From Eledone cirrhosa (Eukaryota): a stretch of DNA of 64,000 nt. The notes under the pieces were generated by a model. It searched no databases and was not told where the DNA came from. It saw only the letters and a program-made list of their open reading frames with translations. The DNA lies in assembly GCA_964016885.1 (NCBI GenBank), contig OZ024746.1:24428001-24492000 (forward strand), in the 5' to 3' direction. Shown in pieces: positions 45,061 through 58,132 of the stretch. Within the stretch, counting starts at the first letter, position 1, and every line of letters starts with the position of its first letter. The position numbers were made by a program, and so were the translations under genes.

Positions 45061-45835
45061 CACACAACAATAACATTAGCAATAATGATAACTATAAAAA
45101 TTGTTTCTACTTTCGGCACAAGGCCAGCAATTATCCCAGTGCATTACTGGTACTTTAATTTATCGACCCCGTAAGGATGAAAGGCAAGGGCCGTAACTCT
45201 ATGCGTCAAAGCATGGTGTCCGACCCTCTACCGATACTGCCAATCCAAATGGTTTCTTATATAGGCACAAGGCCAACGATTTTGGGGGAGGGGAAAGTCG
45301 ATCAAATCAACCCCAGTGCGTGACTGGTACAATGTTTTATCGACCCTCGTAAGGATGCAAGGCAAAGCTAACCTCGGCAAGATTTGAAAGCAGAACGTAA
45401 AGGACCATAACTCTATGCCACAATGCATGCTGTCCAACGTTTTAAATAGCAATAACAATAATTGTTTCTACTTTTGGCAGAAGGCCAGCAATTACCCAGT
45501 GCATTACTGGTACTTTATTTTATCACCCCCGTAAGGATGAAAGGCAAAGTTAACCTCGGCGGGATTTGAACTCAGAATAGCAAGGGCCGTAACTCAATGC
45601 GTCAAAGCATGGCGTCCGACCCTCTACCGATAAATAATAACATTAGCAACAATGTTGACTATAATAACAACAACACTATCAACAATCATAATAATAATTG
45701 TTTCTACTTTAGACACAAGGCCAACAATTTAAGTGTGTGGGGGGGGGTGGAATAAATCGACCTCAGTGCATTACTGGTACTTTATTTTATCGACCCCGTA
45801 AAGATGAACGGTAAAGCTAACTTCGATGGGATTTG
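43671..45835 (-). mobile_element. Cluster of about seven co-oriented SINE copies or fragments in and after the minisatellite
   Basis: TTGTTTCTACTTT.GGCACAAGGCC-type tails at ~43675, 44186, 44960, 45101, 45250, 45462, 45698. Confidence 0.85.
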
Positions 45836-46468
45836 AAGAAGAAGAAGAAGAAGAAGAAGAAGAAGAAGAAGAAGAAGAAGAGAAGAAGAAGAAGAAGAAG
45901 AAGAAGAAGAAGAAGAAGAAGAAGAAGAAGAAGAAGAAGAAGAAAACAACAACAATAACATCAACAACAATAACAACAATAGCAACAAGAAGGTGCTTGG
46001 GGTGTGATGTGGAGGTAGATAATTACCCATGGTTATTATTACTACCATTATCTAAGTTATTTCTTGTTGTATGTATGTATATATATAGATAGATTCCATA
46101 CACTGGTGGTTTTTTTGCCTGTTTTATTGATGGCACACTATCGCTCTCTAGTGTGTTACCTTTTCAACATATTGTATTTTAAAGAGCTCAGGATTCCTTC
46201 TCCTTTGAGTACATTATTGACAGGGAATAGCGAGAGTCTATGGTTCCGTTAATCTATCGTGATATTTCGCTCCTTATAACAGTCTTTCCTCTTTCTCTCT
46301 CTGTTTGTTTGAGCACACTTCTCTGAGTGATTTTGGGCTGCCCTTTCTAGCAGCTTGTCCCTCAGACACCACTGGTTCCCTGCCCTAAACACGTTGTGAC
46401 ATCTCTCTCCCACGTGTAGCTGGACGGTCGATTTAAATTCTCTTAGAGTTGTATGAAATGTATGGCCT

Positions 46469-46553
46469 TACACACGCTGATGAACCATGGGCTATTCCAT
46501 TTCAGTCAACAACTTCTTGGCGAAATAGAAATCTTTGGATTTGTACGTGCGTG
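46469..46553 (+). ncRNA. Type I hammerhead ribozyme motif inside a direct-repeat-bounded unit
   Basis: Stem I TACACACG/CGTGCGTG; CTGATGA (46477-46483); stem II base CCA/TGG; CGAAA; stem III AAATC/GATTT with a bulge; GUA, cut after 46545. Confidence 0.65.
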
Positions 46554-46733
46554 TTATATAGTTATAGAAGTACGTATATACATTTTAATTTATATTTTTA
46601 ATTATTGTGTGTCTACCCTGCCTTTCATAGGTTATAGATTCCATACAGAGGTGGTTTTTTCCCTGTTTTATTGATGGCACACTATCTCTCTCTAGTGTGT
46701 TACCTTTTCAACATATTGTATTTTATATATATA

Positions 46734-47637
46734 CGAGGTGTGTCAGAAAAGTTCCAGGACTGATGTCACAAAAGATTTATTTCAAACCCAAACTTCACAC
46801 TAAGAGTTTTCTCCTTCAAAGTAATCCCCCTGGAGTCTAATGCACTTTTCCATCCTTTTCTGCCACGCTTGCATGAACTCCTGGAATGATTCTTCCGGGA
46901 TCCTCCGCAGTTCCGTCGTCACGGCCTTTTTGATGTCGTCCATGTCTTCAAAACGGGTCCCCTCCGGGTCGTACTCGAAGAACCATGACTCATCACCGGT
47001 GATGACTGTCCCTAGTAAGTCTGGTTCGGTTTCAAGACGCTCGAGGATGTCTTGGCACACTTGCATATGTCGACCCTTCTGATCATCGTTCAGCAGTTTT
47101 GGCACCATCTTCGCGCAGACTTTCCGCATGTCCAAATCTTCAGTGAGAATCTTCCATACGCTGTCCCGATTCATGCCCATCAGTCGAACAGTCAGCCGAC
47201 GATCGCTACGCACCATCTGCCTGACGCGCTCAACGTTGACCTCAGTCCTGGTTGTTGAGGGCCTTCCGCTCCTGGGGTCATCTTCCACGCCCTCGCGTCC
47301 TTCTTTAAACCTCTTGCACCACTCAAAAACACGTGAGCGTGACATCGTCTCATCTCCATACACTTGCTGCAGCAATCCCAGTGCTTCTGACGGAGTTTTC
47401 CCCAACCGTACCAGAAACTTCAAGTTTGTTCGTTGCTCTGTGCTCAGTGCTTGACGACCTGAAACAGAGAACATGTATATAAAATTATGAAGAAACAAGT
47501 TTGATCGCTGCAGAGAGCTAAGATTACAGTTACATACTCCAGGGGAATTACTTTGAATGAGAAAACTCCTAGTGTGAAGTTTGGGTTTTAAATAAATCTT
47601 TTGTGACATCAGTCCTGGAACTTTTCTGACCCACCTC

Positions 47638-47638
<1 letters not shown>
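46734..47638 (-). mobile_element. Mariner (Tc1/mariner) transposon, internally deleted, ~105-bp TIRs
   Basis: TA/CGAGGTGTGTCAGAAAAGTTCCAGGAC...GTCCTGGAACTTTTCTGACCCACCTCG/TA. ORF 46800-47609 has HTH motifs (EQRTNLKFLVRLGK, VFEWCKRFKEGRE, RSGRP), AKMVPK and ITGDESWFFEYDPE fused to the C-terminal GTRFEDMDDIK. Confidence 0.95.
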
Positions 47639-47687
<49 letters not shown>

Positions 47688-47691
<4 letters not shown>

Positions 47692-48521
47692 TTTAGTACA
47701 GCATTAATGAAGCTTTAGAACACGGCCAAGCTAACGAATGCAGAATCGGTCTGTAGCTTTAGCACTCGGATGTGGAAAAGAACCCCAGAGTAATAAAAAT
47801 ACGTTCAGACAGCTTAGCAAATCAGATATAACGGTCGACAGTCCAGCCGCATCACTAGAGCAACGAAAATACAGGACCCAGGAAAAGATTTTATACTGAC
47901 CCGGACGGAGCGATGAGGCTGAATGCAAAATATATAATGTACATCGTATGTCACACAATACACATCACATACAGCACCCAACATCAGCGCTAAGTGTCTG
48001 GAAATCCAAGATCGACAAATTCCAATTGCAGGAGTCTGCAATATAATGGTTTTTGACGACAGAACATAGGATTTCCTTCTTCAGCAAGTCTTTCATTCTT
48101 AGCCTGAGCGGGCATGTTGTAGCTTTAAATTTCGCCACAGATACGTGGTTTTCTCCAAGGGAGGTAACCCCCGCTTAGGCGGTGAATTCTAATTTGAGAT
48201 AAAGGAATGAATCCCTTTAGACAAACCGAATTAAGCACTCAACCAGAAGTTATCAAACAAACATAAACAATTAATCAATCAATAGAATCAACTAATTAAA
48301 TTAATCAGTTAATCGTTAATTCTAGGAGTAAATACAAATTTTAGTACAGCATTAACGAAGCTTTAGAACACGGCCAAGCTAACGAATGCAGAATCGGTCT
48401 GTAGCTTTAGCACTCGGATGGAGAAAAGAACCCCAGAGTAATAACAATACGTCCAGACAGCTTAGCAAATCAGATATAGCAGTCGGCAGTCCAGCCGCAT
48501 CACTAGAGCAACGAAAATACA
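47688..48521. mobile_element. Unit with 186-bp terminal direct repeats (period 648 bp) between (TA)n tracts
   Basis: 47688-47873 is about equal to 48336-48521; no TG..CA LTR ends and no ORF. Confidence 0.7.
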
Positions 48522-48591
48522 TATATATATATATAAGAATTAAAATACTAGAGTGCGTTGGAGTAAAACACACTCGTCGTATTATAGAAAT

Positions 48592-48632
48592 GCCCTGATG
48601 AGTCCTTATTAATGGGACGAAACATTGTAGGC
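48592..48632 (+). ncRNA. Minimal type I hammerhead ribozyme (Penelope/retrozyme style)
   Basis: GCC-CTGATGA-GTCCT-TATTAAT-GGGAC-GAAAC-ATT-GTA-GGC with all canonical core nucleotides; cut after 48629; AATAAA at 48634. Confidence 0.88.
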
Positions 48633-48684
48633 TAATAAAGACTTTTGATGTATTGAAGGCTTCTTTGTCTATTTTTATAATTTT

Positions 48685-48720
<36 letters not shown>

Positions 48721-48918
48721 TGTGTGTGTGTCATTAGTATTATTAGTATTCTTATTCTGCACAAGGAGAAAAATGAAGCAAAAAAGAGAGGGTGGGAAAA
48801 GGAATACACATACATACATGCATATATACATATATGTGTGTATGTGTGTATATATATATAGATAGATATATAGATATATATACACACACACATACACACA
48901 GAGACACACACACAAACG

Positions 48919-48949
<31 letters not shown>

Positions 48950-48960
48950 TTAAATGTGTG

Positions 48961-49016
<56 letters not shown>

Positions 49017-49858
49017 AAGAGAGAGAGAGAGAGAGAGATTGAAAGAGATAGAGAAAGAATGAAAGAAACAGAAAGAAATAGAAAAAGTTAGAATGATGGG
49101 AATAGAGATATAGAGGACATAAAAGTTATTCTCCGCCATCCACCATCACCACCACCACCACCACCACCACCACCACCACCACCACCACCACCACCACCAC
49201 CACCACCACCACCACCACCACTACCACCACCAGCTCCACCACCACCACCACCACCACCACCACCACCACCACCACCATCACCACCACCACCACCACCACC
49301 ACCACCACCACCACCACCGCCACCACCACCACTACCACCACCGCCACCACTACCACCACCGCCACCACCACAATCACCACTACCACCACCACCACCACCA
49401 CCACCACCACCACCACCACCATCACCACCACCACCACCACCACCACCACCCCCATCACCATCTCCACCACCACCATATCACCAGGATCCCCACCACCATA
49501 CCACTACCATCCCCACCACCATCCCCACCACCATCCTCACCGCCATACCACCACCATCGCCACCACCATCCCCACCACCATCCTCACCGCCATACCACCA
49601 CCATCCCCATCACCATGCCACCACCACCACCACCACCACCATATCACCAGGATCCCCACCACCATACCACTACCATCCCCACCACCATCCTCACCGCCAT
49701 ACCACCACCATCGCCACCACCATCGCCACCACCAGTGTTACATCTTTGATGGCCACTTCCGCCTGTGCATCAACTATCGTGACTTTGGAAAACGGTGAAC
49801 ACAGTTTGATTTTCTAACAATAAATTTTTGCCTGTAGAGATAAATACATCTATTAGCG

Positions 49859-49889
<31 letters not shown>

Positions 49890-50100
49890 ATCTCTCGCTC
49901 TCTCTCTCTCTCACTCTCTCACTCTATCTCTCGCTCTCTCTCTCTCTCTCCCTCTCTCGCTCTCGCTCTCTCTCTCACTCTCTCACTCTATCTCTCGCTC
50001 TCTCTCTCTCACTCTCTCACTCTCCCACTCTATCTCTCGCTCTCTCTCTCTCTCTCCCTCTCTCGCTCTCTCTCTCACTCTCTCACTCTATCTCTCTCCC

Positions 50101-50136
<36 letters not shown>

Positions 50137-50161
50137 GCTCTCTCTCTCACTCTATCTATCG

Positions 50162-50199
<38 letters not shown>

Positions 50200-50476
50200 C
50201 TCTCCCTCTCTCTCTCTCCCTCTCGTTCTCTCTCTATTTATCTCTATCTCTCTCTCTCTATCTCTATCTATGTCTCTCATTGTCTCTCTTCTTGGCTGCT
50301 GTGGGGGAAACGCTGGTATGACACACACGCATACACATACACAGAGAGAAAGAAAAGGAAAGATATATAATACATATGAGTGTATGGGCGCGCGTGTGTG
50401 TGTGTATGTATGTGTGTATATATATGTATATATGTATGTATATATATGTATATATATGTATTTATATATATATATG

Positions 50477-50555
<79 letters not shown>

Positions 50556-50738
50556 ATGTATATATTTATGTATATATTTATGTATATATTTATGTATATA
50601 TATATGTATGTATATATGTATGTATATATTTATATATAGATATAGATATAGATATATGGATGCATAGATAATTAGATATAAATAGATATCTAACACACAC
50701 ATACACATATATATATGTATATATCTAAATATATATGT

Positions 50739-50817
<79 letters not shown>

Positions 50818-51145
50818 TATATGTATTCATATATATATATATATATATATAAATATATATGTATTCATATATATATATATATATATAGAAAGGCTTATAC
50901 AGGGCTAGAGAGAGAGAGAGATTTAAGTATAAATGTCATCGATAGTGAACAGAATAATATATTAATAAAGTATAACTGTGGGAAGAAATAAAACACTATT
51001 TGTCACTTGTATCAAAAATATAAGAAAACATTGTTAATAATTAGAATCTAACATTTCCGTCCTTCATGGGATTTAACAACATATTAAGGTAGTTATGGTT
51101 TTTTTTATTCAAGTCGTAGTGTTTTATTCTAACAATGATACTTTA

Positions 51146-51218
<73 letters not shown>

Positions 51219-51284
51219 TGTGTGTGTGTCTGTGTTGTTTATATATTTATGTATTCAAGTGCATAAGTGTATACACACACACAC

Positions 51285-51367
<83 letters not shown>

Positions 51368-51406
51368 GATATTAATAAATGGAAATTATATTTATAAAAC
51401 CATATT

Positions 51407-51471
51407 TATTTTATTATATATATTTCAGGGGCGACCAAGCCTTTCTTGGTGCGCGTTCATCAGATAAAATA
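51407..51471 (-). ncRNA. Type I hammerhead ribozyme, family A variant 2
   Basis: Minus strand TATTTTAT-CTGATGA-(ACCAAG/CTTGGT stem II)-GAAA-TATATA-TA-ATAAAATA. Confidence 0.75.
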
Positions 51472-51583
51472 CAAAATTTGTTTTTAAAATAACGACATAC
51501 CCATGGAAATCAACCTTAATGGTCAGAAATTCGCTGGATAGTTGATTTACATGGGTATGTCGTTATTTATAAAACAAATTTTG

Positions 51584-51648
51584 TATTTTATCTGATGAAA
51601 GCGCACAAAGATTGGCTTGGTCGCTCTTGAAATAAATATAATAAAATA
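51584..51648 (+). ncRNA. Type I hammerhead ribozyme, family A variant 2 (mirror copy)
   Basis: TATTTTAT-CTGATGA-(AGCG../..CGCT stem II)-GAAA-TAAATA-TA-ATAAAATA; cut after 51640. Confidence 0.72.
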
Positions 51649-51779
51649 AATATGGTTTTATAAATATAATTTCCATTTAATAATATCTTGGAATTTATAC
51701 TCCAGTAAACTGTTGAGTGCTCTATATGAGTTATAAGTATTTATGTTTGTCGGAATTCCAACAAATTAAATATAACTTC

Positions 51780-51816
<37 letters not shown>

Positions 51817-52658
51817 CGAAGGAAATCACCAGGAAAAGCTTTTCCTGATGATTTCCTTCGAATCAAACAGTTCTAGTCCTGTAGAAGTCATTTCTATATT
51901 CAATTTTGTTGTATACACTCTACTAATGTATTGGGTACCTTACTTACTGTGCTTACCCCCGGGACTCACATATATTTATATATATATGTATGTAATATTA
52001 GGCATTGATAAAATAAGTACCAGTCAAGTACACTACACACGGGGGTGTATATCTGTTTTATAAGCCCTTATTTCCATTATTTCAATAGTGTTTTACTTTA
52101 GGTAATTTAAATTGATTTACAGAATCAGTAGGGCTCTAGATAAAAGGATTGCAGAATTAATAGAGCTTAAGGTAAAATGACTTACATGAGTGATAGTGCT
52201 CTACACCTAAAGATTGCTGACTCGGGAAATACCTAACTAAAATAATTACATCATCAGTAGAGCTCTAGGTAAAAAGATTGTAGAATCAGTTGGGGGTCTA
52301 GGTAAAAAATATAATAGCAAAACCAGGAGAATTCTAGTGAAAATTATTGCTGAATAAGTAGAACTCCAGATAAAATGATTTACAGTACTAGTAAGGCTCT
52401 GGGTAAAATTGTTACACGACCTGAAGAGCTCTAGGCAATATATAATTACAGAATCAGTAAAGCCCCAGATAAATGATAGATGAGAATGAAATACGAAAAA
52501 CAAAACAACTTACACTTTTGCCTTATATTTCATGATATTTCGAGAGTAGAATCCTTTTCATACCATTTTGGTTTTCACTCTTGTATTTCTAAATTGCATT
52601 GCACCGGCATTTCCAAAACAGCCATACCCACATATTTCACTGTGATTCATATAAAATA

Positions 52659-52773
52659 TAATATTTAGTGAGTAAGTAGCGATTGTGTCGCAAGAGAGTT
52701 TGTCACTATAAAATAATTGTGCAAATAATTTGCACGCTCTACATATTTTCTTTCCATCGCAAGTCAGGATATA

Positions 52774-52830
<57 letters not shown>

Positions 52831-53481
52831 CTTGAATATAAAAGAGAGATGAACACAGATATAGACATATATGCGTTCAAATCGTAAGGGACCAGATTCG
52901 CTAAGGCGAAAAAGATACTAACTATGGACAATAGGGTTTGCCAGACTCAATTTAAGAATAAATCAAGTATAATAATCTTTTTCCTTAAGCTATTTAATTG
53001 TAAGAGACTATTTTGAGTTTCTAACTCAAAATAGTCTCTTACAATTAAATAGCAATAAGAATTGGTAATTGTGAAGAGAATTACCAATTCTTATTGCTCA
53101 TCAGTGGGTGTAAATTAGTAAACTCTTCACTTCTAAGTATATCAGAAAACTGAATAATGTGCGTATATAAAATAACGCACATGGCATCAGAAGCGTGTCT
53201 CACAAACTCACACCACTAAAAATAGTAGCCAATTTTAGTTAGCTCAACAAATTAACGGAGCCGAATATATCAAAGGTATATATTGAGTTAGAAACTCAAA
53301 ATAGTCTCTTACAATTAAATAGCTTAAGGAAAAAGATTATTATACTTGATTTATTCTTAAATTGAGTCTGGCAAACCCTATTGTCCATAGTTAGTATCTT
53401 TTTCACCTTAGCGAATCTAGTCCCTTACGATTTGAACGCATATATGTCTATATCTGTGTTTATCTCTCTTTTATATTCAAG

Positions 53482-53543
<62 letters not shown>

Positions 53544-53644
53544 TGATGGAAAGAAAATATGTAGAGCGTGCAAATTATTTGCACAATTATTTTATAGTGA
53601 CAAACTCTTTTGCGACACAATCGCTACTTACTCACTAAATATTA
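52659..53644. repeat. ~1-kb inverted repeat (arms ~370 bp, spacer ~250 bp)
   Basis: 52659-53029 is the reverse complement of 53283-53644 with few mismatches; each arm contains a (TA)n tract. Confidence 0.9.
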
Positions 53645-53807
53645 GATTGCGAAACAACTTCACCGAACGCTGTCGGGTGTCTGGTAGTTATATATATATA
53701 TAAACAAAAATAATAGGTTGAGAGATCGAAATTGGCAAAGTTATGCCAACCAAAAAATTTTGAAAATAATTGTTTTAAATTTCTTCTGAATGCATATATA
53801 TATATAT

Positions 53808-53846
<39 letters not shown>

Positions 53847-53874
53847 ATCAAAAGATGGTTAAAAGAGTTCCATG

Positions 53875-53945
53875 TATTCTATTATTCGTATTTCAAAAAG
53901 AAATATCATCATGCAATAACATTTGCGTTTTCGTCAGATAAAATA
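53875..53945 (-). ncRNA. Type I hammerhead ribozyme, family A (inverted arm copy)
   Basis: Minus strand TATTTTAT-CTGACGA-stem II-GAAA-TACGAA-TA-ATAGAATA; core intact, stem III loop mutated. Confidence 0.75.
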
Positions 53946-54043
53946 AGGAGACATGATGTGAATAGTGCAGTTTTAAATCAACATATGTTGATTTAAAACT
54001 GCACTATTCACAAGTGTGTTTTAACCTTCATATCATGTCTCCC

Positions 54044-54114
54044 TATTTTATCTGACGAAAACGCAAATGTTATTGCATGATGATATTTGTTTTCGAAATG
54101 CGCATAATAAAATA
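54044..54114 (+). ncRNA. Type I hammerhead ribozyme, family A
   Basis: TATTTTAT-CTGACGA-stem II-CGAAA-TGCGCA-TA-ATAAAATA; cut after 54106. Confidence 0.85.
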
Positions 54115-54237
54115 CATGGAACTCTTTTAACCATCTTTTGATCTTATATATTATTTATACTCCAGTCCTACAAACTGTAGAGTGCTTCTTATCCGATATC
54201 TTCATTGCTTTATTGTACTACAATACAACTCACCTCC

Positions 54238-54343
<106 letters not shown>

Positions 54344-54398
54344 GTTAAGGGTGAAAGCAGCGATTCTTTGCTTAAACTTTAATCTGTTATTTTAATAA

Positions 54399-54461
<63 letters not shown>

Positions 54462-54597
54462 AAGGTTAAACAAGGTTCAATGAATAAATCAATGAATGAG
54501 TTTTACAATAGATTGGAAGCACTCAACAGATTGGTTTTCCGGAGTTATTAATATTAATTCAAAATATTAACAAAATAGATATTCTTGTGATCAAGTA

Positions 54598-54664
54598 TAT
54601 TTTATTATACATATTTCAGAGGTACTGAATTAACTTCAACAGTACGTCCTCATCAGATAAAATA
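54598..54664 (-). ncRNA. Type I hammerhead ribozyme, family A variant 3
   Basis: Minus strand TATTTTAT-CTGATGA-(GGAC GTACTG/CAGTAC CTCT stem II)-GAAA-TATGTA-TA-ATAAAATA. Confidence 0.8.
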
Positions 54665-55105
54665 AGATGATGTATGACATACCCTGACATAGTAGATGGT
54701 TAAGATTCAGTCATGGTAGTACCAAGGTCTTCAAAATGCTTTTTATTAAGCATACAGTGTATTGCAAAATACACTATATATACATTCATATATATGTAGC
54801 TATTTCAGAGCAACAATTCTAATTTTTAATTTCTGCTCAACCGGCAACCGCTCTGTATAATCAGTTCCTGATTATTTACTAGAATTCTATAAGAACCAAA
54901 ACATCCGGGATTTCAGCAAACGGGAGGAGTAGTTTGCTTTGATAAGCATCAATAAATGCAGAAACAAGGCCTTATCAGCTTTATCTCCCCCTGTTTGCTG
55001 AAATTAAAGTAAGTGAGTCTGTCACTACTCTAAAACAATAGCATAAGGTCTTCAAAATGCTTTTTATTAAGCATACAGTGTATTGCAAAATACACTATAT
55101 ATACA

Positions 55106-55186
<81 letters not shown>

Positions 55187-55224
55187 ATATATACATATAG
55201 TGAGAGAGATAAATAGAGATATGA

Positions 55225-55277
<53 letters not shown>

Positions 55278-55864
55278 GTTATTGGAAAGATTAAAAAATA
55301 TTGGTCTAACAGAGATTCCAACAGATCCAATTATTTTACACTTTAAAAGAGAAGCGCCCAGTGGAGATAAAATATTTCTTTCCAATAGTAAGACATAGAT
55401 ACAACTTCATCATTATGCTTTCCCCATCTCACTAACCATACATACATACATACATACATACATACATACATACATACATACATACATACATACATGCAAT
55501 CATACATACATGCAATCATACATACATACATACATACATACATACATACATACATACATACATACATACATGCAATCATACATACATACATACATACATA
55601 CGTACATACATACATACATGTAATCATACATACATACATACAATCATACATGGATACATACATGCATACATGATAAAGTTACACACATACATGCATACCT
55701 ACCTACATATACGTATATGTATGTTTATATGTGTATATATATATGTAAATATTCATGTAAATACGTGTTTGAGTATGTAGGTATATACATGTGATATAAA
55801 AAAAAACATGAAAAAATCAGTACCAGAAAATAACACAATGCAATAAGGGTACATTAGTAGAACG

Positions 55865-55905
<41 letters not shown>

Positions 55906-55967
55906 GTAATACATCTATCTATTTATCTATCTATCTATAAATATATAAATAGATAAATAGATAGATG

Positions 55968-56011
<44 letters not shown>

Positions 56012-56375
56012 TGTATGTATGTATGTTGTGTGTGTGTGTTTCAAGAGAGAGAGGCGGCGGGGAAGAGACAGAGAGCTCTTATATCCAACTGATTGATTAA
56101 TTGGTAACCATGTAATTTGTACATCTGCGCCATTTTTCTCATGACAAACGTAAAGTAGAAAACCACGGGAGATGGAAGTCTGTTGGATGAAGACACAACA
56201 CACAAAGTCCTGTTAGATCACATGATTCTTCCTTATTTTCTTTGTTTCATACTAATAAACACGCAGACAGACATACACACACATATTTATACTCATGCAT
56301 GTTTCTGTAGATATATATATATATATACAAAAATATATACATAAATATATACATATATATACATACACATACACA

Positions 56376-56478
<103 letters not shown>

Positions 56479-56531
56479 GTATGTATATATATATATATAT
56501 ATATATGGGTGTGTGTGTGTGTGTGCGTGTG

Positions 56532-56574
<43 letters not shown>

Positions 56575-56576
56575 TA

Positions 56577-56664
<88 letters not shown>

Positions 56665-57727
56665 GATAGGTATAGATATTTCTTTGATTAAGTTTTTAAT
56701 GTTGCTATTCTTTCTCTTGAAAGTGCCAGACAAAAACTTCGATAAATTCTTGATTAGTAAAATGACAAAGATGTATCGAAAAATCTATTTGGAAAATTGC
56801 GTCGACCATCATGAAGGACGTGACGATAGAAATAGCTCTTCCCGCCAAGACTACATATATATGTTTAATGGCACGACTGTCGTGACATAATGCCGTAAAA
56901 TGGCCGTTTTCAACAAATACTAAGCAATTAGTTGTCAACGAACGTTTTAAATTAATTATTTGCTCTTTATATATATATTCTATATATTCTACCATTATTT
57001 TTGTTGTTGTCGTCTTGTTGTTATTGTGATTGGTGTTGTTGTTGTCGTCGGTGTTGTTGTTGTTCTCGCTGCCGTTGTGGTTGTTGTTGTTGTTGCTGCT
57101 GGTGGTGGTGTTGTTATCATTATTGTTTTTTTATTGTTGTTGCCGTAATTGCTGCTGTTGGTGTTATTATTGCTGTTGTTACTGCTGTTGTTACTGCCGT
57201 TGTTGTAGTCGTTGTTGTTGTTGTTGTTGTTGTTGCTGTAGATGTTTATGTTGTTATTGCTGCCGTTGTTGTCATTGTTGTTGTTGTTACATTTGTTGTT
57301 GTAGTTATTTTCTTTACTCCTCTTGTTATTATGTACTTTGCTGTTTGTCTTCTTAGTCTCGCTTTTCAGATTACTGTTCTTCGTTTGTTAATTATTCTTG
57401 TTTCGGTGGTGGTGGTGGTGGTGGTGATGGTGGGGAATTGAGGTGGTGATGATGTTGCCAGTGGTGGTGGATGATGATGGAGATGATGGTGATGGTGATG
57501 GTGATGGTGGTGATGGTGGTGGATGGTAGTAGATGGTGGTGATGTGATGGAGGTGGATGTGGTGATGGTGGTGGTGGTGGTGGTGGTGGTGGTGGTGGCG
57601 GCGGCGATCGTTGTCTTGGACTTGTGTGTGTCAATCAGTTTAAATATGTGATTTCTTGAAAGATTTTAAGTTTACACTTTCTGGTTAATCGTTAGTGGGG
57701 ACCACAGACACATCTACACACGCATGC

Positions 57728-57797
<70 letters not shown>

Positions 57798-57799
57798 GT

Positions 57800-57834
<35 letters not shown>

Positions 57835-58021
57835 AGGAAGAGAGAGAAAGAGCGAGAGAGAAAAAAGAGGGAGAGAGATGCATACATAATTACGTAGTTG
57901 ATGTCTAAATTCCAACGAAAGAGTCTTGTTTCTGTGTTAGAAAATGGTTCACTCTCTTTTGGTGAGAAACTAAAAAAATAATAAAACCAATAATAATAGC
58001 ACACACACACACACACCCCAT

Positions 58022-58132
<111 letters not shown>

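Larger units (their letters stand above)
51366..51782 (+). mobile_element. Palindromic HHR cassette, diverged family A variant
   Basis: Inverted arms 51366-51514 and 51541-51689, then an extension sharing ACTCCAG..CTGTWGAGTG and ending TTCTAC before (TA)n. Confidence 0.7.

Noticed and set aside
54795-54870. Minus-strand CTGATTA..AGAGC/GCTCT-GAAA-TAGCTA
   Set aside because: Core mutated, three extra bases before stem II, no stem I.
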